The translations under genes were made by a program, and so were the position numbers. Below are positions 27,624 through 40,934 of a stretch of 64,000 bases of DNA, one piece after another. Each line of letters starts with the position of its first letter. Position 1 is the stretch's first letter. Source of the stretch: a virus; the IMG/VR virus record IMGVR_UViG_3300022200_000028; one strand, written 5' to 3'. Below the pieces are notes generated by a model. That model was not told the DNA's origin, made no database searches, and saw nothing but the letters and a program-made list of their open reading frames with translations.

Positions 27624-30278
27624 TTAGTTGCCCTGTATCAATGCCTTATTAAGTTTGTCATAATAAGGATCATAATTTTTTGTTTTTGCTTTAACAATAA
27701 CTGAATCTACTGAACCAGAATAGAGTATGTTTGATATGTTTTTTCTAAGAATTAATCTAAACCTAGAAGAATTAGAAACATATTCATATATAACGCTGAA
27801 TGGCTCTGTTACAATCTGGTTAAATACAATATCTTTACCGTTCTGTATAAAATAGTATCCAGAACCAGAAGGAAAGGCAGGCAGATCTCTGCTATTTGTG
27901 TAATTCGTTATATTCAAAGCGTAAGATCCATCGCTCATTACCACCTTTACTGGACTATAGCCCTGATAGTCTGAGGCAAATACGGTCCCATAAGACGAAT
28001 TATACTTGGCTGTTTCTGTAAATTTAGTATTTACATATGGTATGTTTTTTAGGGTTACCTTACCCAGATAGTCCGTATTGGAAAATCTTTCTCCTTGACC
28101 TTGTGAATCAAAAAATGATTTTGTAGATTCTTTAAATAAATTACTCTTAATAAAATCTATGTTATCATAATTATATAGTTTAAGATCGGTATAATATTCG
28201 CAAACATAAGTTGAATTAGGATTAAAATTAATTAATATTATTTGATTTTCTTTAAGAATATAATTATTTGCATCAAGCAAATAGCCATTTTCATACAATT
28301 TAAATGTTTCTTTAATATGATAAAATCTTGTTTTTGCTATCTGAGTTTGTTGATCAAAAAATAGAACTTCTGAATTAATTTTATTTGATCCATACGGCAA
28401 TATCGGTGTCCAGTCAAATTCCGATATTGGTATTTCGGTATTTGATATCGATAACTCATATGAGATGGGGTCTTTAAGGTCATAGTCATAATTATTTAAG
28501 TTAATTAAATTTTTTCCTTCTGTTAGAAAAACCTTCATGGCGAGGGGGTAGCCAGTAAAAGGAATTTTCTTACTGACAAAGCACGCTTTGTCTGATTGGT
28601 TGTTTTTTACTGTGGCAAATTCTATTGATCTTATCGAAAAGCTATACTCGTACATATCAATTTTCTCAAGAACAAGTAGATCTTTAAGAGTGGAATCATT
28701 CGATCTAGATACTGTTTCTGGATTTGCTAACTGAAGTTTATTTTCTGTTGTATCGTTGGAATTTTTTTGCGGGATCAAGCCAGGAGATCTAAAGTTATAA
28801 ATTGATCTACCAATAGTATTTGATTCTGTATAGGTTTTATTTTCAAAAATTTCATTGTTATCATTTATTGAATGAATAAAAAAGTTTTGAAACATGTTTG
28901 AAAGCAGCGTGCTCCATCTAGATCCAAGCGATTCAAAATCAATATTTTCTTTTAAGAAATTTTTTCTATAATCTTTATTCAAAAAATTATTTTTAACATA
29001 AGGATATTTGAAGGAATAATAACTTTCATTAAAATATTTATTTTTAAAAACTTCTTTTAATGAATTATTTTTTAAGAATAAATTGTATACAACATCTTGG
29101 ATAACATCGCCATTTTGTCTCTTAGATTCTCTTATTGACTTACCTATTTCGTAAACAGCTTTTCCGGTAAGTTCTGTTGTTGAAGTTGTTTTTTCATTCT
29201 TTGAATATATTGGTTGATTAAAAATCAAAATTATTTTGTTTACATTTGTTCTTGGGAATGCTATCTGAGAAACTGAATCTAAAAGTTTAGGAGAAGAAAG
29301 AACTGGAATAATATTTGTATTTTCTGGAGAAACTGAACCCATAAAATTTAAATTGTTTTCATTAATAAAATTCTCGTCAAATAAAATTAATGATTTGTTT
29401 TCTGTCTTTTCTGAGAATAAAACTACCTGAAGAAGCTGCAATCCATTTCCGTTTCCAGGTGTTATATAAATTGAATCCATTTCCTGAGGAAAACCAAAAG
29501 ACATTTCCACCATTGCCTGTGCGCCATTAACATATGATTGATCGTAACTAATGAATTTGTTGGCCTCTGATATTTTTGAAGTTAGTATTACTGGAGATTT
29601 AACTGTAACATTCCATGAATCACTCTTGCTATCATTTAGTGCCGCATAGAATCCACTATCTGAAGTTATATAGTTTGGATAGTTTGTTTTAACTGATATT
29701 GAATCAACAAAATCTAAAGGATTTCTGAATTCCATTTGTTGACCTATCTTAAACTCTCCAGTTTTTTTATCTATAAATCCGTTTCCATCGTATGAAAAAT
29801 TCACTCCATCTCTATCTACTAGATCAAAAACATATCCATCTGATCTATAATCACTCAAATTGTTTTCAAATTTTTCTATATAGTTTGAATTATATAAATC
29901 ATCTTTGCCAGACAAAAATTCATAGTTGCCGATAAAGGTGTCCAGCATGTCTAGGTCTTTTTCTACTTTTTCTATTTCTGAGGTAATAACATCTGTCATT
30001 GAATTCAGTATAAGACCTACTGTATTTGCCGCGGAGTAATAAGTTCTCATCCTGAGATCAGCGTCTCTAAACATGTCTATAAAGAATTCTCTATTAAGAG
30101 CTGAAAACTGTTCGAACGGAGAAGGAGAGTAACTAGTATTTAATCTTATTGAAGATAATTTAGAAACAAGAAGAGAGAGATCAGATTTATCTAATTTCAT
30201 TTCTCTTATCAAAGATGATATTGTGACTTGAGAACTATAAGAAAAACTATTTAATACGTTTGGAAGTTGTTTTATCAT
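27624..30278 (-). CDS. putative tail/virion protein
   Basis: 884-aa ORF. Confidence 0.5.
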   Translation of the reverse strand: MIKQLPNVLNSFSYSSQVTISSLIREMKLDKSDLSLLVSKLSSIRLNTSYSPSPFEQFSALNREFFIDMFRDADLRMRTYYSAANTVGLILNSMTDVITSEIEKVEKDLDMLDTFIGNYEFLSGKDDLYNSNYIEKFENNLSDYRSDGYVFDLVDRDGVNFSYDGNGFIDKKTGEFKIGQQMEFRNPLDFVDSISVKTNYPNYITSDSGFYAALNDSKSDSWNVTVKSPVILTSKISEANKFISYDQSYVNGAQAMVEMSFGFPQEMDSIYITPGNGNGLQLLQVVLFSEKTENKSLILFDENFINENNLNFMGSVSPENTNIIPVLSSPKLLDSVSQIAFPRTNVNKIILIFNQPIYSKNEKTTSTTELTGKAVYEIGKSIRESKRQNGDVIQDVVYNLFLKNNSLKEVFKNKYFNESYYSFKYPYVKNNFLNKDYRKNFLKENIDFESLGSRWSTLLSNMFQNFFIHSINDNNEIFENKTYTESNTIGRSIYNFRSPGLIPQKNSNDTTENKLQLANPETVSRSNDSTLKDLLVLEKIDMYEYSFSIRSIEFATVKNNQSDKACFVSKKIPFTGYPLAMKVFLTEGKNLINLNNYDYDLKDPISYELSISNTEIPISEFDWTPILPYGSNKINSEVLFFDQQTQIAKTRFYHIKETFKLYENGYLLDANNYILKENQIILINFNPNSTYVCEYYTDLKLYNYDNIDFIKSNLFKESTKSFFDSQGQGERFSNTDYLGKVTLKNIPYVNTKFTETAKYNSSYGTVFASDYQGYSPVKVVMSDGSYALNITNYTNSRDLPAFPSGSGYYFIQNGKDIVFNQIVTEPFSVIYEYVSNSSRFRLILRKNISNILYSGSVDSVIVKAKTKNYDPYYDKLNKALIQGN

Positions 30279-33200
30279 TATATTTCCCAGGGCTCTCCAC
30301 TTAAATCTTGTATCTGGAATGAAACTCCAGCTGTTAGATTTCTGCTAATTATATCATAGATCTCTTCGATATCTTCAAAGTTATCTTTAACTTCTTTTGG
30401 CAGCCTTATTATCACAAAGCCACCCTTAGGATAAGAAGTTCCGTAGGCGGGATACACGTCCCAATGCGAGAGTATATTTGCGATATCTTCTTCTACTTCT
30501 AGTACTCCGTATTCGGCTTTAATGCCGCCACCTCTTAATCTTGTATCTGATATTTGAGTTTGTTTTTTCTTTGGATTATTAATAAAATATATAATTCCAA
30601 CCAGGGCCGCAAATGGATCGTATTTTATAGAATTGGTATTAAATATACTTGAATCATAGGTAAAATTAAATGAATAGTTAGTGCTGTGCTCTTCTAGGGG
30701 AACCCATTCATGAGCTCCTTCTAGGTTTGACTTTTTGTATATATTTGTTGGAACTGCATAAATGTATAAAGCCTTATTTAAATTAATTGTATCTGAATTC
30801 AAAAATGGATTTAACGGAATTGGATTTCCATCAACTTGATAAGCCATTAAATCCGAACTAACTTTTACATAATTAACTTTTATCAAGTTTTCATCTAAAG
30901 GAATAATTCTACTAGTAAATTCTATAATGCCAGTATTGGAATCGTAATCTCTAATATAACTAAAATTTATTTTTGACCATTCAGATTCCAAAGTTTCTCT
31001 TGTAAAAATTTCTATCTGAGGCCTAAATATTTCAACCTTTGATTGTTGGTAACTGCTTGGCTCTGGCCACACCAAGAATGGTGCTTGTCTTAATTTTATT
31101 TGTTTATCAGAAATTATAATTGGTTTTTCATTTTTGATATCATAATATCCCCTACCAAATATGCCCGACCAATTAATGCCTTGAGAGTTGCTTGTGTCGT
31201 AACTTGCGTACAATGTTTGTCCAAGATATTTTGATTTCCAATCTGTAAAGAAAGAATTTTGAGGTATACTTACAGCTCTTTCAAATGAACCAGAAGTTAT
31301 AGATAAAGGCCAAGCTTCCTTTTTGTCGATAAAAGATGACAGACTTCCTATTTGTATCGCACTAGAAGCGGTAAATTTGACCGAATAAACTGGACATATT
31401 CTTTTAACTGGTACATCTACCGGAATAAAAGTTGTGCTTACTTTTGGACCTATGTAATCTATTGAGTTTTGACTGTTTGCATCTGCATCAAAAGCTGATA
31501 CAGCTATATAAATATTATTAACGCCCCTTGAAAGAATGTCGACATAGGCAATCTTGTCTCCCAGGAATTCTTTTTGAGATAGATCATAGAAACCAAAAAC
31601 AAAACCATCTTTGTTTTCTAATCTATTTCTAACAAACACAAAACCAAATCTAGAATCCTTTTCTTGCTCTAATATAGAATCTCCAAAATAACTGGATATA
31701 TCCGATCCACTTGGGATTCCAAAGGGTAGTCCGCTTTGAGTGCAGAGAAGAACTGTTCCGTCAATAACTGTAACTGATTCTTTTTTGGGAACAATATTTT
31801 TATCTATATTCATCATATTGTAATTGGTTAAAACAATAGGCTCTGTCGTTATGACATTAGATCCGGAATAATAAACAGCTGAAGTCTCAAGTCTAAATTT
31901 TGTTGGCTTTGCGGAGAGGGGGCTTGGGGATCCAGAGTATATAATTGAAATTGCAGAAAGTGGATCGGCAAAGTCAGCTCCTGATTCTGTTTTAACATTA
32001 GACAATGTAACAGCAGATTCGCTTGCGATGTCAACATATAGTGGAGAAGTAAAATCAAATTTTACTCCTGAATCTGCACTATACTCACTGGTATTCAGGC
32101 TAAATGTACTATTCAGGGAATCTTGATACGCCTTTCCTAAATAATTATAAGAAATATTTTGGAAAGTTAAGCTCCTTGATTTTATTTCTTGAGTATCATA
32201 CAAAACAGGAAAATCTGTTACCGAATTTAGATTATCAAATTTTCCAGAATCGACGACTGAAGCGATTGCATCTATTGTAAAGGTAAGTGTTGTAGAATAA
32301 TCTCTGATTTGTTTTACGACACTATCTCCTGGCTCTATATTGTCCCAACCAGAACCGTTCCATTCCCAATATTCATCATCATCAAAAGTGTAAAGAAGAA
32401 AACCAGATTCATTTGATTTTAATATATTTCCATCATAATAAAGACTAGATGATCCATCTAAATAAAATGATGCTATTTCATCTATTTCTGGTTTATATAT
32501 AGATGGAAAAACAGTGTAAGTTTGAGATCCCGATATTGAATCGAATTCTTCATCTGCTGGCGAAGAAGTCCCCTGTCCAAGTAAACTACACTTTATTGAA
32601 GATATCTGATATCCTTCTGCGTTTCCGTACTTGTTGCTTATTGTATCGTTATTTGTCTGTATATATATGTACATAAACTTAGCGTTAGATATTGCCTGAT
32701 CTATTTCTAGAGTTACATTGCCTGATGAATCAGGAGATTTATTGATTGTTGTTGATCTATATGAAGAAAATACATCTTGGATTGAGGATACTGAGTTTGA
32801 GTGGTCCGTTGAAGAAAATCCGTAACTTACAATATTTAGTTTTCTCCAATTTGCATTTGAGCCAAAGTTAACAGTAACTTTTTCTACAGTTTCACCGGCA
32901 GATGGTATAGTAAAAAATATTATATCTTTTACTTGAGTTACTGTAGTCCCTATGCCTCCGCCAGAATAGCTTATTTTCCTATGTGGAGTACCTGAATTAA
33001 TTTGGGATAATGACCCTTGAGCTTTTGCTGCGTCGTAGAACTTAGGAGATCCGGCGTTTCTTCCTCGCTCCATGCCACGAATTCCATTTTTAATACAAAA
33101 CGCTATATGGGCTTTTGTTTCACTGTCGATAGTGCCGTCTGTTGTGTAAACTGGTTTATAAGTTTTCATGAAATTTTGAAACGCTATTACAGCTGATTTG

Positions 33201-36104
33201 GTTACTGGTCCAAAAATTCCATCTATGGTTGCGTTATAGAATCCACCAGACTTTAAAGCTGACTGTATATATTTTACGTATTCATTAGAATTTCCTGATA
33301 CAGAAGTTGTTGTTGTGAAATTCGGCCTATCTGCTGTTCCGAGAAAATCTTGTTGTTGTTGTTGAATTTATTTTTATTTCTGAACTAGTATTTCCAGCGT
33401 CGATGTCTCCAGTATAATCAAATGCTCTCCACTGATATCCATTTGTTTTTGGAATTTGACCTTGTGGAGAAAATAAATCAAATATTGATTTTATATTAAC
33501 ACAATTTTGTTCTGGAAGTGGCTGGCCAGGAATTATTACAACTCGATCTTGATTAGACGGCTCTCCTCTTGGCACTTGTGTTACGTAATTTCTGACTACA
33601 GTTCCTACTGGTTTTTTAACGGGAAGTTCAGCTGTGCCCTGGTAATGTATTCTGACATTAGCTGAATAGTCTCCAGAAAAATTTAAAGGCTTATCAGTTG
33701 CGGTTTGATAAGAGTATGCTGATTCCAATTCAAATGGATAAGACTGAAAATAGTTTATTGGATCTATCTGATTACTAAGAGACTTTGTCCCAGAACTCTT
33801 TATCGAAGGAATTTCCTTAACAACATACGGACCAAATCCATCTGGAATGTTTATCACAGGAGATATTGTGTCTGTATAGGCGTAAGATTTTTGCTTAGCG
33901 TTGTTAATCTTGTGGACGATATAAGAAGTTGGTATATTGTACTGCTCTAAAGCTTGAGAAATATCTGTTATTTTTTCTGAGTTATGAATAATAACATCTG
34001 GATTAGTTACTTCAATAAAAAATTCAACTTGAGACAAATCAATGTATGCAATTTTATCTCTGTGATATGTTGGAAGACTGTTATAAATATTCTTTACATA
34101 ATAATCTTCTATTGAATTATAAGAAAGAGTTAGATCTCTTGCGTACCTATTGTTAGACGAATCTATTGCTATGTTTTTGAAATGAGCTTCTTTTTCCTGT
34201 TCTAAAAGCGCATCTTGATTCATTACCCATGAAGAATTCCACTCTCCAACAAAATTAAACAAAGAAGATCTTGTATCTAAAACTGTTCCAGCATATGCTC
34301 TTGAATACATGGCATACGACACGCAGTTGTAAAGAAATTTAAATGGACCCTCAGTAACTGAAGCTAGCAAATTTTCTTCTGCTTCGTCTATTGCTGTATC
34401 GCCATTGTTTGAATTCAATACAGTAGCCTTAGAAGATATGCTATATATAGAATTGCAATATTCTAAAAATGAAAATGAAGTAAATATGATATTGCCCTGA
34501 GCTACTGAATCTCCTTGGGATGCAAACTCAAAGAGTGCTCCAACAGAACTGTTGCTAGAGCTAGATGATCCAATGTTTAAAAATGACCTTGAATTAACAG
34601 CTGAATTCAGGTATCTGTATGTACCCTTTTTTAATCCGAATATTCCAAAATCTTCGTTTTCAAATATAGATTGATTTATATTCCATCCACCATTTTTATT
34701 TTCATCTAATATTTTTGAAGACTCATTGTAGCCATAATATGTAGGAACTTGTGATGTTGAAATTCCATACATAAAAATTTCACTGCTAATAAAAGGTTCT
34801 TCTGATGGATAGTTTGATCCATCAACTATTATTGTTCCATTCTGAAGTTTTACATAATTAGATATTATTGAAATTGCTCTTTCCGAAAGCTTTTTGGTTG
34901 GCCTAAAGGCGACTACGTCAAATTGATTTAATGAATCAATTGAGTTTATATCAACCATCCAGTAAGAAGCTTTATTTTTTTCTTGATTATTTTGAAGAGG
35001 ATTTTCAAATGAGAATTTTGAAAAATTAAAAGCAGAATTTTCTAATCTATAAAAAACATATGGCTTTATATTGTCTAGTGAAGTAGTATCTGTAGAATCA
35101 TAAAGAACAGCAGCGCTAACTGTCTTTTGTTTGATTCCAGTATTATTTTCTAAATCTGCAAAGTAATCAACTAATTCAAGATTTAGTGACTGTTTTGATC
35201 TCGCAATTAGTCTCCAGTTGAATACTTCAAATGTTCTATTATCAGCTAGAGCTTTTTTGGGTACGTAAGCGCTATATCCAGTGGGAGTAGAGTAGCTGGT
35301 GAAAATGTCAGAATATTTTTTATTATATTTTTTAACTGAAAAAACCTTTTTTCTATAACTATTATCTACTACAAAACTTTCCTCTGGCAAAAGCTTAAAG
35401 TACGGTGCTGCATTTATTGTTTCTGAATACCTTAGGTTCTGACTAATTATTCTTCCGTCTGAGTCGCACTCAACTTTGTCGTAGATTAGTTTTAGTCCAA
35501 CTGGACTACTAGCGTCTAGTCCAACGATAACCTTATATGGAATATCTGCTTCTTCTGAATTTTGATTAGTAAAGTATGGATCTAATAATATTTTGTATTT
35601 TTTTCTTCCAGTATTTATATCTATATACTCTTGATTATTTGAGTCAATAACTTTTATATTAAGATATTTAATTGAAGATGGATTTAAATAATCATCCAAC
35701 TCAGATATGCTGTACCCTCCTGGTGCTGCAGTAAAAAATCTACTTACATAATAATAGTGAAAAAATTCTAAGCTATTTATTTCAAATTCATTTAATTCTT
35801 CTGTAACATAATCTTTTGACAATATAGTATCACTTACTAATAAGTTAGAAGTAGGAAATACTGTTGAGCCATTTTCGTCTTCTAGAATTCCAAGTTCATT
35901 TGCAAAATACGTTTTTACCCCGCTGGCAATTGATGCTTTATTTTCAGGTATAGCTTCGGAAACATCTATGACAGAAAGATTGCTACTTGGAGACAGCTGC
36001 TCATTAGAATAAAATGCCAAGTTAGCAGCATCGGTTGGTACAATCTTGCCTATTTTGGCTGCATTCTCTTTTGCGTTTTGGGTTAAATTTTTAAATTGCT
36101 TCAT
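30278..36104 (-). CDS. ~1,941-aa tail/virion protein with internal peptidoglycan-binding domain, expressed by +1 frameshift at CGG 33339-33341
   Basis: ORF 33327..36104 ends ...TTTTRFS-CGG; +1 reading continues GTADRPNFTTTTSVSGNSNEYVKYIQSALKSGGFYNATIDGIFGPVTKSAVIAFQNFMKTYKPVYTTDG (57 codons to the Met of ORF 30278..33169), restoring a PG_binding_1-like repeat. Confidence 0.85.
33339..33341 (-). promoter_or_regulatory. CGG +1 frameshift site (PG-binding tail protein)
   Basis: TTT TCT CGG AAC -> TCT c GGA ACA GCA. Confidence 0.85.
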
Positions 36105-39100
36105 TTAACTGTCCTCATAGTCATTATTCATATTATTATACGTGCTAACAAAATTTGGGGTTGAACCCAAAAGACCCATTTGATACTGTTCGTATCTTGA
36201 AATTGGGAACCATCTAGGAGGTGTCCATCCAATTTGTGGAGTAGCCGAAGGCGTTGCATCGTATTCTTGATCGTAATGCCTATAGCTAAATTGTGGCTCC
36301 GAGACTATATCAGTGCCCGATAACGGTATTGCTGTGTAAAATCTTGGTAATGGGACCGGCTCATTGGAATAGTGTATGTTGTCATAGTTCTCAAACCAAT
36401 AAACTACGTCCCCATATATAGTAACAGGAGTTGCGCTAGGAGTAGCGGCCATTTCCGTATCGACCACAACAAACCATAATCCTGGATCTATTCTGGTTTG
36501 AGCATAGAATGGGCCAATTATAAAGTTTCCATATTCATCAGCTTGAACTGTTCCTGCATCCCCATATCTTCCTGGGGTGCTTGAAGCTACATCGTAAGCT
36601 GAATCTACCAAGGCTTCATAAGCCGTTCTGGCCTTTCTCCAATAGATAACTGGAGGAGTACTTGGGGCTATATTATTTTGTCTTATATAACCCTTGATGA
36701 ATACGTCGTCTGTGGCGTTGGCTTTAATGCTTATTTTATCTGCGGCTGCCTTTAGTTCGTATGTAAACTCATTATTTTTAAACAAGTCAATTGAAAATTC
36801 CTGAGAAAATGAACCAGAAGAGCTATTTTGATTTGCATTTTCTGACGGATAAGACACACCATCAACAGTTAGTGTTACAACTGTTGCTTCGGTTGTTCCG
36901 GTGTATCTTAGGGTTGTTTTTCCAAAACCATTATTGTTAGTTGTGACATATTCATTTTCAGCTAGTAGGTTATCTCCATAAATTCTAAACGTTTGATATG
37001 GTTTTGGGTTTCCATTTATATCATATGAAATTATTGATAAATAAATTATATCATCTGGACTATTCGAAATTTTTTGTGGAGAAATCCAAACTGAAGCTGT
37101 TTCAAAATCGTATTCATAATCAGATACAAAAATATATCCCTCATCTACTGGGTTATCAATTGAGCTTAATGATAAACCAGAAGGTGTGCTTTCAAGATAT
37201 TTTGAAGATTCATAAACAACATTGTATACGGAATCTACACCTGGAGTTGATGAAAGATATATCTTCTTATCATTTCTTTCCGAATAAAAAGCTTCCGCTA
37301 ATCTATAGCTTACAGTATATTCTCTGCCAGGAATAATTATACTTTCGTGAGTTGTTGAATTTAATATTTGTAGTCTGTTTGAAACTAAATAATAGAAATC
37401 TTCTCCACTTTGAATATAATCTAAACTAGATATATAGTATGTACCTGTGTCTTCTAGGTCTAATATATAATTTCCGTCTTCATCTACAAGTGTCCATATC
37501 CAAAGTTCTGGGTTCAAAGGGGATTGAACTAATACCCTTCCAGAAAATACATCTTCTATATATATATCTGAAACATTTTCATAAGAAAGATACAAAGCGA
37601 GGTCGTCAGATCCAATTAACGTTTCGGTATTGTAAAATGTTATATTGCCAGGAGTTGAAGAATCATTAAAGAACGCTTCCCTGTACTGCACTGTTGAAGA
37701 ATCGTTGTAAACTGTGACCAATATTGGCGCTCCTTGACTTGGAACTTCTGTAGTATCTAACTCAAAGAATCTTCCATTATAAACATCTAAAATGGGTTTT
37801 GCGTAAACGTAGTAATCTTCTTCGGGAAGATACAACCAACCAACGGATAGGTCTGGATTCTTTGAATCAAATATATTAAGTGACTTATTGTTAAATACAC
37901 CCGCTACTTTTGCGTCTACTGGTATTGGTGAGTATACATAATTCTGTATTGAAGAGTCATATTCTTCGTACAATACATCAATTAATGTATCTGGAGAATA
38001 TGTATTAGAAGAAACCGCTGTTTTTGAGCTAGTTAAAACGATCTCATCTGAAAGACTTACTGGATTTATATTTGTTATTACATATTCGCCGTCTAAAACT
38101 TGTTGCGTGGTTATACCAAAAGACTCTCCAGTTAAATTATATTTGCTAACAAAAGAATCAATATTATTTGGATTTGGAGATCTTCCAGAGTTTTCCATTT
38201 GTTCGTTTTGTTCGTAGGCGTTGCCGAATCGATCTAGATAGCCAAAGACCATTGGAGTACTTTTAGCTTCTTCTTCTCCTATCAGGGACCAAACTTGCTT
38301 CTTAAATGGGTAATATGGAGTTGCTGACAATCCAGTAGTTATAACTAATGTTTCTGCTAGTGAAGAATAATTTATTGTTGAAGATTCAAAATAATCTGAT
38401 TGATCTGGCGCACCAGAAGTGTTAGATCCATTATATGTTTCAAGAATAATATTTGGCGATGATGGAATAAAGTATTCTAGTTCAGAATAAGGATCTATAG
38501 ATCTTCCACCGTAGGCTTGCTCTTGATATATTTCTACGTTTGGATCAACCTTATACAAAGGTATCGAATCAACTTGTAAATTATTTATATAAATATTTTG
38601 AGGAGTAGATCCAATTGGATAAATTAAAGAGTCTTTTAATGACTGAATTGATAAAACTTCATCATCCATAGATGATATGTCATTATCTTTATTTATAAAG
38701 ATTTCGGATTGAATACTATTAGAATTTCCAGTTATAACTTTTGTTCCGTATACGTTTGACCCAATTTTAAAATTAGAGTTGAAGTAATTTATGTTTGGAC
38801 TTGATATAGATATAGTATCTTCAAAAGCTGGATTGACTGTATAGCCAGCTGCATGTTCATTAAAAGATACTCTATAGTTTGCGTTATAGGAATCTAAATA
38901 GGTTTGCGTATCTATATCCCACTGTGCGCTGTTTACAATGACAATTTGATTTACGTTTTCCAAAGAAATTGATTGATTCACCGGAGTCGCATCGGCATTT
39001 GCGTACTCGTATCCGTATGTCTTTTCCAGGAATCCTATATTTGGATCTGTAAATCCATCTTCGTTAAATATTGAAATGTGATTAAACTCGGGACTTGCGG

Positions 39101-40917
39101 GACTATTTTCTGAAAAATAGTTTTTAACTATAAAATCTTCTCTGTCTGAGTAGGAAAAGTTTTTATAAAATACAGATGGAGTTGCGTACTGATTGTGTGA
39201 ATCTAGATGTATTTCATAGACCAAAGAAACACCGCCATTTGTTGATGGCGATGCAGCGTCGGGATTATTTGCGTCTGGATCTGGAATTGTTTTTGTGTAA
39301 TCGCCATAGTATTCGTAAAGTATTTTAATTGGAGCATAAACATCTTCATACGATGATACCTTAAAACCATCTGCCTTAAAATATCCTTCAAATGAAACAG
39401 TTGCAAAGGAATCATTATTTACGATAACCTGAACATCAGAAAGGTCTCCCACTCCCGGCTGAAAGTATTCTCCCATAGGAGTTGCAACATCATACTTGAA
39501 AGGAACAGTATTTATTCCTTCGTATTTTAGTCCTGCATAGTCCCAAATTCCTTCGTCCCAATTTATGTATCCAAAATTTGAAGGATAATTTTCGTTTATA
39601 TTTTTAACAAAATTTACAAATTCTTTTTGCGGAACTCCATCAAAAGCAAAGTATGGAGTAGATGATTCTATGTCTTCAAGTTCAAGAATCTCAGGAGTTG
39701 CACCAAGATAGTTTGAATCTGGTGTTGCGCCATAGGCTCTCCATATGTCTAGCTCTCTTCTTAGGGTTCTTTTTACGCCTTCTTTATCAACTGAAGGAAT
39801 ATTTTGATATACATCAAGTATTCTCTTTTTATAATTTTCATTTGACTCTAGATAAAGCCTTCTAAGACCGACTCTTGCACCAAATTCATCAAATATATTA
39901 AAAAATAATAAAACTTTTTGATCAAAACTTTGACCGTCAATTGTTAAATTTTCAAATTTTTTAAGAGTTATAATTTGATTATCTGATATATTATGATAAT
40001 AAATATAATCTGTTTTTTTATTTAAATAAAAGCTCTCTATAGAAGAAGACCTCGCCAATGGAACAGAATCTCCAAGAACTTCTATTGCTGCTGCTGGAGC
40101 GTTATAGGTTACGTATAGCCAATCAACCAAATCTTCATCTGCAGTAGAAATATAAAAATTTATACTATTTAGATCTAGCTCGGCATCCAGTTCATCGAGA
40201 TGCTCTCCAATTAAAGAATTGAGAAATTTTGCGCCAGTTGATATCGGTGTGGATAATTCTGGTGTTGCTTTTTCTAATGAATCTTCATAAAGAGCTGTCC
40301 AAGTTGGAAATCTAGAAAGTATTGTTCTTGAAGAATCAGAGAGAACAGGACTTGTTGGATCATGTATCAATACATTAACAAACAAAAGAAGACCGAGTGC
40401 CTCTACATCTTCTTCTTCTGTAAATATTTCTAGTTCTATCTTTACATATTTTTTACAATTATTTAAAAAAATAGCAGTAGAATTACTTGATATTTCAGAC
40501 TTTAACCAAGGCCCACTATATTCATCTGACTCGTACATCTGCAGCGTGAAAGTCGGCTGTTCAGATCCACTATAATTTGTAAATTGACTTTTAAAAGAAA
40601 TGATGTCTACTCTAGAAGAGTAGTCAATAAATCTCAATAAATCTGGAGTAGCGTTATCGTAAACTACTTCTCCGTAATTGGTGACATAGACAGCATTTTC
40701 ATCGAGTGGAGTTGCGTGAGTTCCAGAATATGATGGAGATGTTTGTTCGGTTCCTACAAATGTAAAATCGCCTATTAGATTAAGGCCAGTAGCTGATCTT
40801 TTATAAGAAAAGTTTTTATAAAAGCTGTTATTATATACGTTAATAGGATCAGAGGTCCAAATATTCCCGATTCTTGTTGAAGTCTCCGCTACGAAGACCT
40901 AACAAATAATTCTTCAT
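36105..40917 (-). CDS. ~1,603-aa virion/baseplate protein, expressed by +1 frameshift at CGG 40867-40869
   Basis: ATG 40917 preceded by AAAAGGATCAGAG: MKNYLLGLRSGDFNKN-CGG; +1 frame open for 77 codons (GNIWTSDPINVYNNSFYKNFSYKRSATGLNLIGDFTFVGTEQTSPSYSG...) into ORF 36105..40637, whose track start is only a TTG. Confidence 0.8.
40867..40869 (-). promoter_or_regulatory. CGG +1 frameshift site (virion protein, codon 17)
   Basis: AAG AAT CGG GAA -> AAT c GGG AAT ATT. Confidence 0.8.
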
Positions 40918-40934
40918 CTCTGATCCTTTTTAAC

